NCBI GenBank assembly: GCA_016788205.1
Contig: JAEUTA010000011.1
Span: 45,649-109,648, forward strand
Source: Flavobacteriales bacterium
Lineage (GTDB): Bacteria; Bacteroidota; Bacteroidia; Flavobacteriales_F; PHOS-HE28
Reading direction: 5' to 3'
Length of the DNA stretch: 64,000 bases
Made by a program: the position numbers and the translations under genes. Positions within the stretch are counted from its first letter, which is position 1. Every line of letters starts with the position of its first letter. The notes beneath the pieces were generated by a model. That model was not told the origin of the DNA. It saw only the letters and a list, made by a program, of their open reading frames with translations, and made no database searches. Positions 9,956 through 17,995 of the stretch are shown here, piece by piece.

Positions 9956-10660
9956 CTATTCCGGCACATTGGTCCACTGCATGCGCACAACACGATAGCT
10001 CAGCGCTACCCCTATGAAGAGACGACTACCACCCACCCAGAGGTTATCATAATTGACCCAAGGCACCTCCAAGTATGGTTGTGCAGAGGCGATCTGCAGA
10101 TCGACCATCACACCTACACGAAGCTTCCCGTGCAACCAGGCGGAACTGCTGCGCGTGGCGCCCACCATGAACCCGAAGGAGGCCGCCTCGGAAGTGCGCA
10201 CCATCACTGATTCGCCCAGCGATGTGCTGACATTGATCGTGGATCGAATGCGAGGGAACGCACGTAGTCCGTAGTTCAACTCCCAAACACTGCTGCTATT
10301 CGAACGAAGCGCTTGGGCCACGTAGAAACGCCAACCCAACTCTGCCACCCTGTGGTCTAGCGTGTGATACCTCCCGGCACGTTGGTATTCCTCCACATAC
10401 CCCCGGCTGCCGGATAGCATACCGAATCGATAACCGAACTTCGGACCTTTGCGGACTTCGATGTCCAAGCCGAAGTAAACACCGGCCTGATCCGCCCTAG
10501 CGTGGATGTTCTCTGAAGGCAGATGCAGATAAAACGTACCTCCGCTTTCCACGAAGGGAAGTAGGGAAAGTCCGGGTTGCATCTGGCCGAACGCGCCGGT
10601 ACTTGGAAGGAGCACTACCGCAGCGCACCCGAGAAAGTACCACATAGAGAAGCGCTTCAT
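9956..10660 (-). CDS. Hypothetical protein, possible small outer-membrane beta-barrel
   Basis: Signal-like N-terminus and alternating strands (GVYFGLDIEV, FGFMVGAT, LFIGVALSY); visibly lower GC than neighbours. Confidence 0.55.
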   Translation of the reverse strand: MKRFSMWYFLGCAAVVLLPSTGAFGQMQPGLSLLPFVESGGTFYLHLPSENIHARADQAGVYFGLDIEVRKGPKFGYRFGMLSGSRGYVEEYQRAGRYHTLDHRVAELGWRFYVAQALRSNSSSVWELNYGLRAFPRIRSTINVSTSLGESVMVRTSEAASFGFMVGATRSSSAWLHGKLRVGVMVDLQIASAQPYLEVPWVNYDNLWVGGSRLFIGVALSYRVVRMQWTNVPE

Positions 10661-10758
10661 TGCCGATGCCCTATTCACTAGAACTTTCATCACCACTAAT
10701 CATTTTCTATAATGAGCTTTTGAGAAGCCACAATGCCAGCAAGCTGCACCCTAAACCT

Positions 10759-10791
10759 GCGCAGGGTCTTCCGTCTTCGGAGACCCTGCGC
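10759..10791. repeat. Intergenic inverted repeat (REP-like hairpin)
   Basis: GCGCAGGGTCT-T-CCG tctt CGG-AGACCCTGCGC: 14-bp stem with one bulge and no U-tract. Confidence 0.7.
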
Positions 10792-10916
10792 CACCGCGAA
10801 CGAACAGCTCCACCAACGTACTCACCGCCTCGGTGCATGACCGTAAGATAAGTCCGACCGGCCAATACGGCGCGAAGCCACCTGCTCCAACACTCGCCTG
10901 CGGCACCCGCCCCGCA

Positions 10917-11162
10917 TCACCCCGTTACGCGTGCCCACGCTTCGGCCCAATCCGCAGCAGTGGCGGGCGTGTAGGCGCCGTGCGCACAGTCCACCATGTC
11001 GCGGATGCGAAGCTTCTCCGGGTAGGCCGTGGCCTGCACGCGGTGCACCACCCACCGTGTGCCGATGCGTTGCAGCTCCACGAAAAGGTCCCACCCCTCG
11101 ATGCGGTAGCGGTGGGCGCCATTGGCACTGCTGCGGTAGAGCGGGAACCCCGCCTCGTTCAT
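10917..11162 (-). CDS. Small hypothetical protein
   Basis: Protein-like ORF (MNEAGFPLYRSS...YRI...ELQRIG...YPEKLRI) filling the gap divergent to addB. Confidence 0.65.
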   Translation of the reverse strand: MNEAGFPLYRSSANGAHRYRIEGWDLFVELQRIGTRWVVHRVQATAYPEKLRIRDMVDCAHGAYTPATAADWAEAWARVTG

Positions 11163-11187
11163 CGCCACGCTATCTTCCGCCACCGTC

Positions 11188-13923
11188 ATGGATCCCTTCC
11201 TTCATCGCCTGGCCGCACAGCTGCTGCACCACCACCGGCATGCGATGGATCGCGTGGCCGTGGTGCTGCCCAGTCGCCGGGCCGGTTCGTACCTGCGAAA
11301 ATACCTCGCCCAGTTGCACGGCGGTGCGCTGTGGAGCCCGGAGATCATCGATATCGGTGGTTTCATGCAGCGCTGCTCCGGCATGGCCCAAGGCACTACC
11401 ATAGACCTGCTCTTCCTGCTCTACGAGGCGCACCTGGGCACCGCCGGTGCAGCGGCCGAGCCGCTGGCCGAATTCCTGGAATGGGCGCCCGTGACGCTGC
11501 GTGACATGAGCGAGGTGGACGCCCACCTGCTGGACCACGCCCAACTGTACCGCGACCTGCGCGAATACCACGAGCTGGACGAATGGAGCTTCCGCCTGGG
11601 CCAGGACCTTAGCACCGCCCAGGAACGCCTGAACCACCAGTGGCGCGGTACCAAGGACCTGCACCACGCCTTTAGCGCGCTGATGCACGAACGGCGCATG
11701 GGCACCTCGGGCTTCGTGGCGCGCGCCTGTGCGGAGCAGGCGTTGGCGAACACCCTCTCCGCGCCGTGGACGAGCATCTGGTTCGCCGGCCTCAATGCGC
11801 TGGACCCGGCCTCCACCACCGTGGTGAAGCGCTTGCAGGCGGAAGGGCGCGCCCGTGTGGCGTGGGATGCCGATACCTACTACCTGGACGACGCACGTCA
11901 GGAGGCCGGGCGCTACCTGCGCCGCTCGCGTGCCGCGCTGGGCCCCGGCGAGCTGCCCGCCCCCTCCGCCATACGCGACCGGCCCCGCGCCATCCGCGTG
12001 GTGGCCGCCCCGCAGCCCTTCGCCCAAGCCACCTACGTGGCCCAGCGGCTGGCCGAGCTGACCCCCGAAGAGCGTGCGCGCACCGCCGTGGTACTGGGCG
12101 ATGAGCACCTGCTGCTACCCCTGCTGGAACAGCTTGCGCCGGACGTGGGCCCCATCAACGTGACCATGGGGCTGCCGCTGAAAGCCCTGCCCGTGAGCGG
12201 GCTGGTGGAAGCCTACATCGCCGTGCTGGAGAGCGCCGCCGCCGACGGGCGGTATGCGTTGCACGCCGTGGAAGCGGTGCTGAGCCATCCGTTCGTGAAC
12301 GAAGGCACCACCACCGCGCGCACCATCGCCGCGTTGCGCGCGGAGCAGCGGGCGCAGGTGAGCGCCGAACGCATCGTGGCCGTGCTGGCGGAGCAGGGTT
12401 CGCCGCATGCCGCCTTGCTGGCGCCCTGCCTGAAGCCGTGGAACGCCGACCTGCGCACGCTGTCCGATCGCTTCATCGCCCTCATCACTTGGGCCCGCGC
12501 CTGCGCCGCCAGCGACCGCACCGTGCAGGAGCAACTGTTCCAGGTGGCGCGCCTGCAACAACGGATGGACCGCACCTTGGAACGCCTGCAGGTACACCAC
12601 CTGGACCTGCGCACCTACGCCAGTATACGAGAGCGCCTGCTGCGCGAAGAGCGCATCGCCTTCCTGGGCGAACCCCTGCAAGGGCTGCAGCTGATGGGCG
12701 TGCTGGAGACCCGCGCGCTGGACCACGAGCGCGTGATCATGCTGTCCGTGAACGAAGGCGTGCTGCCCCAGGCCGCTGCCGCGCAGAGTTGGATACCGCA
12801 CGATGTGCGGCGCCACTACAAGCTGCCCCTCGCGGCCGATGGCGAGGCCATCTCCGCCTACCACTTCTACCGCTGCATGCACCTGGCGCAGGACGTGGAA
12901 CTGGTGCACGCCGCGGGCGATGGCGCCGAGCCGGGCGAACCGTCGCGCTTCATCGCCCAGTGGCAGCACGAGGTGGTGGGTCATTCGCGCACCACCGTGC
13001 AGCAGCACGCCGTGGCCGCCCACACCGCCGCGCGCGCTACCGTGCCGGTGCGTGTGGCCAAGGACGCCGCCGTGCTGGCACGCCTGCAGGCCCTGTGCCA
13101 ACGCGGCCTCTCCCCCAGCGCCATCGGTACCTGGCTGCGTTGCCCGCTGGACTTCTACTTCCGCTATGTGCTGGGCATCCGCGACACCGAGGTGGCCGAT
13201 GGCACCCTGGGCAGCGATGTGCTGGGCGATGCCGTACACCAGGCGCTGGACGGCCTGCTGACCCCGCACCTGGGCCAGGTGCTGAGGCCCGAAGCGGTGG
13301 ACGCCCTGCGGCCGCAGGTGCACCGCGCCCTTACCGACCGCCTGGCCCAACACATCTCGCGTGATGCGCTGGAGCACGGGCACTTCCGCCTGCGCCGCGA
13401 AATGGCCACCCGCGCGGTAGAGACCTACCTGGAGGCCGAACGCGACCGCTGTGCCGCAACGCCCACCACCTTGGTGGCCGTGGAACTGGATGTGAAGGCC
13501 ACCCTGTCCAATGGCGTGCTCCTGAAAGGCCGCTGCGACCGCATCGACCTGCGCGATGGTACCCTGACCGTGCTGGACGTGAAGACCGGGGCCGTGCGCG
13601 AGAACGACCTGCGCCTGCCGGACCTGGAGCGCGCCACGCTGACGCCCGCCCGACGCTACGCGCTGCAATTGCTGATCTACCTCTGGGCCTACCTGCACCA
13701 ACACCCGGAGGTGCCACAGGCCCGTGCCGGTGTCATCCCCCTGCAACGGCCCTCGCAGGCCGCGGGCGAATTCCTCACCATCGCTGGCGAAGAGGTGATC
13801 TCCCGCGCCCAGTTGCCCGCCATCGATGCCCTGCTGGCCCAGGTGGTGGACGCGATGCTGGACCCCGACACGCCCTTCCAACACGACCCGGAAAGCACGT
13901 ACTGTTTGTGTTGTGTGGGATAG
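11188..13923 (+). CDS. addB: PD-(D/E)XK nuclease family protein with inactive helicase-like N-terminus (AddB-like)
   Basis: VVLPSRRAG, GEPLQGLQLMGVLETRALD, LSPSAI..W.RCPLDFYFRY, GRCDRID...LDVKTG, LQL.IY. Confidence 0.85.
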   Translation: MDPFLHRLAAQLLHHHRHAMDRVAVVLPSRRAGSYLRKYLAQLHGGALWSPEIIDIGGFMQRCSGMAQGTTIDLLFLLYEAHLGTAGAAAEPLAEFLEWAPVTLRDMSEVDAHLLDHAQLYRDLREYHELDEWSFRLGQDLSTAQERLNHQWRGTKDLHHAFSALMHERRMGTSGFVARACAEQALANTLSAPWTSIWFAGLNALDPASTTVVKRLQAEGRARVAWDADTYYLDDARQEAGRYLRRSRAALGPGELPAPSAIRDRPRAIRVVAAPQPFAQATYVAQRLAELTPEERARTAVVLGDEHLLLPLLEQLAPDVGPINVTMGLPLKALPVSGLVEAYIAVLESAAADGRYALHAVEAVLSHPFVNEGTTTARTIAALRAEQRAQVSAERIVAVLAEQGSPHAALLAPCLKPWNADLRTLSDRFIALITWARACAASDRTVQEQLFQVARLQQRMDRTLERLQVHHLDLRTYASIRERLLREERIAFLGEPLQGLQLMGVLETRALDHERVIMLSVNEGVLPQAAAAQSWIPHDVRRHYKLPLAADGEAISAYHFYRCMHLAQDVELVHAAGDGAEPGEPSRFIAQWQHEVVGHSRTTVQQHAVAAHTAARATVPVRVAKDAAVLARLQALCQRGLSPSAIGTWLRCPLDFYFRYVLGIRDTEVADGTLGSDVLGDAVHQALDGLLTPHLGQVLRPEAVDALRPQVHRALTDRLAQHISRDALEHGHFRLRREMATRAVETYLEAERDRCAATPTTLVAVELDVKATLSNGVLLKGRCDRIDLRDGTLTVLDVKTGAVRENDLRLPDLERATLTPARRYALQLLIYLWAYLHQHPEVPQARAGVIPLQRPSQAAGEFLTIAGEEVISRAQLPAIDALLAQVVDAMLDPDTPFQHDPESTYCLCCVG

Positions 13924-14462
13924 GCCTGCGGGGTCATGAGCGGCGCTTGGCTTGTGCAGAACGGTGAACAGGTGCGTGGTGGAGGCGGTCCTGACCGGCC
14001 GACTTCATGGGAAGCTATCAGGCGGTTCGGCGCAGTGTCGGTCAATGTTGGCATCCGACTTCCACTTCCGAGGCTTGGGCTTCAATCCTGTGTCCATCCG
14101 CATGGACCATGCGCTCGCCACACCAACGAGCGCGCCCCGAACACGACGGGAGAATGTCGTATCGGGGCGCTGGGGGCCTACCAAAACCACATGGTTCAGC
14201 CCTTCTCGTGGATGTTGTTGGTGGCTCGGCCGCCATGGCCGATGGCTAAAGCTATGCCACGCGCCGTGGATGCACACGCCAGCCGGCCTTTGAAATTCTC
14301 TCTATACCTACTGTGAGGGACTTTTCGCACGTACATGCCCTTGCTCACCGAACGGCATGCCACGAGTGATGCGGCCGTGATTCATACCCCACCAGCAGCC
14401 GGTGGCTTCATACAGACTGCCGCGATGCGCAAGCATCAACCACCGCGCTTTTCCAGCCAATA

Positions 14463-14486
14463 AAGCCCGCGCTACGGCGGGGGCTT
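14463..14486. terminator. Possible bidirectional terminator hairpin
   Basis: AAGCCCGCGC-TACG-GCGGGGGCTT (one mismatch); minus strand followed by TATT, plus strand by a weak T-tract. Confidence 0.4.
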
Positions 14487-14590
14487 GTGCTTCGGGACTT
14501 CGGTGCGTGCGGTGGCCGATCCAGCCCTGCAAAAGACCGGGCCATGCTGCCAACAAGTATCCAGAGCCCAGCTTCTCCAGCGCACCCCCA

Positions 14591-14619
14591 AAAGCGAAAA
14601 GGAGGCCGAAGCCTCCTTT
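14591..14619 (-). terminator. Rho-independent terminator of 14643..15416
   Basis: Minus strand AAAGGAGGC-TTCG-GCCTCC followed by TTTTCGCTTT. Confidence 0.85.
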
Positions 14620-14642
14620 CCATGCGCTGCGGTGCGCTGTGC

Positions 14643-15416
14643 TTAGCGGTAGATCACCTTGTGCGAGGTGGTGTTGCCGTTGCGCTTCAGTTTCACGTAA
14701 TAGGCACCGGCACCCATGGTGCTCAGGTCCATCTCCTTGCGGTAGGTGCCTTCCAGGTCGCGCACCGTTTCGTTGTACACGGCCTGGCCGATGCTGTTGA
14801 TGATCTCCACCGTTACATCACCCTTTTCGCCGTTCGCGAAGCTGAGGGTGAAGCGGCCGTTGTTGGGGTTGGGTTGGATGAGCACGCTGCCGTCTTCCGC
14901 TGCGGGCGCGAGGCCTTTGTAGATGATGCCCGTGCGATCCGTGCCACCGCAGGCGGCGTAGAAGTTCGCGTTGTTCTTGCGGTCGCTCGTGTAGGCATCG
15001 TTCACCAGCTCGAACTCGCCCTGGCCGGTGACGGGGATGCGCGCGATGGTGTATTCGCGGCCCGCCTGCCAGCTGTTGCCGCTGCTGGCCATGGGGTTCA
15101 TGCCGAAACCGGCATAGACCGCGTAGCGCAGGCCACCCTCTTCGCGGATGTCGCCCGAGCGTTGCACGCCGATGTAAGAGGCCACGGCCTCGTCCTGCAC
15201 GCTCTCGCCCAGGGTGGCACCGGAATTGGCATCCCACCGAACGGTGAAGACCAGCGAAGAGAAGATGCCGGAGAAGTCGGCCTCGGGGCGCACCTTCACC
15301 TCCAACACACCGTTGTTCTGGTAGAGGCCGATGTCCACAGCGTTCTGGGCGCTGGCGAGGCCGGCGGTACCCGCCAGCAGAAAGGTGAATGCGGTGGTGC
15401 GTAGGGTCCGGTTCAT
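14643..15416 (-). CDS. T9SS type A sorting domain protein
   Basis: Signal peptide ending ASA-Q; C-terminal PNPNNG...IINSIGQ...GAYYVKL...KVI. Confidence 0.88.
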   Translation of the reverse strand: MNRTLRTTAFTFLLAGTAGLASAQNAVDIGLYQNNGVLEVKVRPEADFSGIFSSLVFTVRWDANSGATLGESVQDEAVASYIGVQRSGDIREEGGLRYAVYAGFGMNPMASSGNSWQAGREYTIARIPVTGQGEFELVNDAYTSDRKNNANFYAACGGTDRTGIIYKGLAPAAEDGSVLIQPNPNNGRFTLSFANGEKGDVTVEIINSIGQAVYNETVRDLEGTYRKEMDLSTMGAGAYYVKLKRNGNTTSHKVIYR

Positions 15417-15482
15417 GGATACGACTGGTTTTGTGCTCCGTTGGACCGGCTTGCGAGGGGCTAACGGTGCGTTATGGAGGCC

Positions 15483-15490
15483 GCAAGATA
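15483..15490 (-). promoter_or_regulatory. Primary sigma -7-like element TATCTTGC
   Basis: Near-consensus TAnnTTTG upstream of 15416. Confidence 0.45.
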
Positions 15491-15578
15491 GTTAGCCCTG
15501 GCCGGCCTGCGCAAGGGCTTAGAGCAAGCTGAGGCCCAGCGGCATGGAGCGCCGTTGCAGCCCGACGGACGCCCCCTG

Positions 15579-15611
15579 AAAACCGAACAGGGGCTCCTTG
15601 CGGAGCCCCTG
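15579..15611 (-). terminator. Rho-independent terminator
   Basis: Perfect 10-bp stem CAGGGGCTCC-GCAA-GGAGCCCCTG followed by TTCGGTTTT. Confidence 0.82.
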
Positions 15612-15670
15612 CGCGGTAAACCTGCAAGGAATATGGAACCAGATTAGGTCAGGAAGACCGACCTCTCTGT
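15579..15670 (-). ncRNA. Candidate small regulatory RNA (~90 nt)
   Basis: Lies between an ECF-type promoter (15677-15701) and a GCAA-loop terminator; has a 5' hairpin AGGTCGG/CTGACCT and no ATG. Confidence 0.5.
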
Positions 15671-15676
15671 AACCAA

Positions 15677-15701
15677 GACGGCGCCCGTTGAAAAGGGTTG
15701 C
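15677..15701 (-). promoter_or_regulatory. Putative ECF sigma promoter GCAACC-N15-CGTC
   Basis: GCAACCCTTTTCAACGGGCGCCGTC, i.e. the AAC-N16-CGT geometry typical of ECF promoters. Confidence 0.6.
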
Positions 15702-15718
15702 CAGCCCGACGAAAAATT

Positions 15719-16423
15719 TCAGGCTGTGAACTTGTAACCCACCCCCCGGATGGAATGGAAGTGCCTGGGCTCGCGGGGGTCCGGCTCGAAATACTTGCGG
15801 AAACCGACGATGAAATTGTCCACCGTGCGGGTGGTGGGGAACACGTTGTAACCCCACACCTTCTGCAGGATCTCTTCGCGTGAGACCACATCGCCCTGGC
15901 GCTCCAGCAAGAGGCGCAACAGCATCATCTCCCGTTGGCTCAGCGTCTTCACCAACCCGCCTTGGCCGCGCACCTCGTAACTCTGGAAATCCACATGGTT
16001 ATCGCCGAAGGAATAGGCGGAGAGCACCGTGTTGGTGCCCCGCTCACCCTTGCGGGGCAGCAACTTGGCCACGCGCAACAGCAGCTCTTCCAGTTCGAAG
16101 GGTTTGCCCAAGTGGTCCTCACCGGCTTTGAGGCCGCGTATACGGTCCGCCGTGGCGGTGCGTGCGGTAAGGAAGAGCACCGGCGTGGCGTTGCCCTCCA
16201 GGCGGATGGTCTCCACCACGGCGAAACCGTCCATTCCCGGGAGCATCACATCCATCACCACCACGTCGTAATGGGCGCCGCGTAGCCGTTGCAACGCATC
16301 GGGGCCGTTGACCACGGTGGTGACATCGTAGCCCTCCAGCTCGAAGTTGAGGCGCAGCGCCGAACGCAGCGCGTCCTCATCTTCCACCAAGAGCAGACGG
16401 GGCTTGGCCACGGCTTCTTCCAT
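15719..16423 (-). CDS. OmpR/PhoB-family response regulator
   Basis: LLVEDE, MDVMLPGMDG, FLTA, KPF, winged helix TRTVDNFI...SIRGVGYKF. Start ATG 16423, not the 924-aa ORF start. Confidence 0.93.
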   Translation of the reverse strand: MEEAVAKPRLLLVEDEDALRSALRLNFELEGYDVTTVVNGPDALQRLRGAHYDVVVMDVMLPGMDGFAVVETIRLEGNATPVLFLTARTATADRIRGLKAGEDHLGKPFELEELLLRVAKLLPRKGERGTNTVLSAYSFGDNHVDFQSYEVRGQGGLVKTLSQREMMLLRLLLERQGDVVSREEILQKVWGYNVFPTTRTVDNFIVGFRKYFEPDPREPRHFHSIRGVGYKFTA

Positions 16424-16444
16424 GGCGCAAAGATGGACCACGGC

Positions 16445-16452
16445 TACCTTTG
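16445..16452 (+). promoter_or_regulatory. Primary sigma -7 element (TACCTTTG) of the men operon
   Basis: Exact TAnnTTTG, 17 nt before the menI ATG. Confidence 0.7.
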
Positions 16453-16469
16453 GCACCCATCCCCCGCTC

Positions 16470-16889
16470 ATGCGTTTCACACCCCAGCATGCCCAGGCCG
16501 CCGAGTCCATGCGGACCAATACCCTGGTGGAGCATTTGGACATCCGGTTCGGGGTGGATGCTGAAGGGCGCCTGCAAGCCTCCATGCCCGTGGACCAACG
16601 TACCCACCAACCTATGGGTCTGTTGCACGGCGGAGCCACGGCCGCACTGGCGGAAACGCTGGGTAGCGTGGGTTCGGCCATGCTGATAGACCTGAGCACG
16701 CAGGGTACCGTAGGTATGGAGATCACCGCCAACCACCTGCGCGGAGTGAAGACCGGCCGTGTAACGGCCACCGGCGAGCTGGTGCACCAAGGGAACAAGA
16801 CCCATGTGTGGGACATCCGTGTACACGATGAGGCCGGTAGGCTCATCGCCATCTGCCGTCTAACGAACATGATCATCGACCGCCGATGA
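16470..16889 (+). CDS. menI: Hotdog-fold thioesterase (DHNA-CoA hydrolase)
   Basis: HQPMGLLHGGA..ALAETLGS, EITANHL; first gene of the men operon. Confidence 0.85.
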   Translation: MRFTPQHAQAAESMRTNTLVEHLDIRFGVDAEGRLQASMPVDQRTHQPMGLLHGGATAALAETLGSVGSAMLIDLSTQGTVGMEITANHLRGVKTGRVTATGELVHQGNKTHVWDIRVHDEAGRLIAICRLTNMIIDRR

Positions 16890-17992
16890 GCACCACGCCC
16901 GCCCTGCGCCTCGCGCTGCGCCACTGCATCAGCGAAGGCATCACTTTCGCCGCGTTCCGAACCCCGGGAGGACCCGTCACCCTTTGGGCCCAACAAACAC
17001 CCGATCTGGACCGCGCGGAGAACGGCCTGTGGTGGGAGCTGAACGATGTGTTCCTGCTCTCGCCCTTCCTGCTCAGCGACCGCACACCGCTGATCCGTTC
17101 CGATGTGGAATTGACCTTCGGCGATGCCGAGCCGCACTGGCAACGCCTGCTGGAGTGTACCGGGACCAGCGAACGACCCATGGCCACACGGCTGCCCGCC
17201 ACACCACGCGCGGCCTTCGAGGCAGCGGTGCAACAGGCCCGCAACGAATGCGCTGCGGGAGCGGTGGAGAAGATCGTCCTGTCGCGCACCGTGGATCTGG
17301 CGATCGGCGAAGCGGAAGCACCGGCCCTGTTCATGGAAGCCGTGCGCGCACGGCCCGATGCCTTCGTGGCCTTGGTGATGACACCCGAGCACGGCCTGTG
17401 GCTCGGCGCCACGCCGGAACGGCTGATCGTGGCCGAGAACGACACCGTGCAGGTGGACGCCCTGGCCGGTACCGCGCCCAGCGCCAGCGCCGCCAGCGAA
17501 GCCCAGGAATGGGGTCAGAAGGAACGGCACGAGCAACGCGTGGTGGCCAAGAGCATCGCGGGTACGCTGATCGACCTGGACGCCCGTCACATCACCATCG
17601 ACGGTCCCGAGGTGCTGCACGCCGGGCCGGTGGCCCACCTGCGCACCCGCATCAGCGCCCAGGTGGATGGACGCGCGGTGGAAGAGTTGGTCGGCGTGGT
17701 ACACCCCACCCCTGCCGTGTGCGGCATACCCACCGCGAAGGCACGCGAACGCATCCAGGCGCTGGAAGACCGCGACCGTGAACTGTACGCCGGTTTCTGG
17801 GGACCGTGGAGCGCGGACGGACGCATGGAACTGTTCGTGAACATCCGCTGCATGCGGGTGCACGCACACCACGCCGAACTGCGCGTAGGTGCCGGCATCA
17901 CCGCTGGATCGGTGCCTGCCTTGGAATGGGAAGAGACCGAACACAAGGCCGAGAGCTGGTTGCAACTGATGCGAACACCGATACCGGCCTGA
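16886..17992 (+). CDS. menF: Isochorismate synthase
   Basis: KIVLSR, WLGATPERL, ALAGT, HPTPAVCG, FVNIRC, GAGIT. Confidence 0.9.
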   Translation: MSTTPALRLALRHCISEGITFAAFRTPGGPVTLWAQQTPDLDRAENGLWWELNDVFLLSPFLLSDRTPLIRSDVELTFGDAEPHWQRLLECTGTSERPMATRLPATPRAAFEAAVQQARNECAAGAVEKIVLSRTVDLAIGEAEAPALFMEAVRARPDAFVALVMTPEHGLWLGATPERLIVAENDTVQVDALAGTAPSASAASEAQEWGQKERHEQRVVAKSIAGTLIDLDARHITIDGPEVLHAGPVAHLRTRISAQVDGRAVEELVGVVHPTPAVCGIPTAKARERIQALEDRDRELYAGFWGPWSADGRMELFVNIRCMRVHAHHAELRVGAGITAGSVPALEWEETEHKAESWLQLMRTPIPA

Positions 17993-17995
17993 TCC

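Noticed and set aside
5730-13884. Long antisense ORFs (5730..7316, 7781..9208, 12115..13884)
   Set aside because: They mirror motif-rich real genes, as expected from GC3 bias, and carry no recognisable motifs.
2143-13923. Helicase plus PD-(D/E)XK nuclease as an antiphage system
   Set aside because: Domain layouts fit housekeeping AddA/AddB, and there is no defence-island context.
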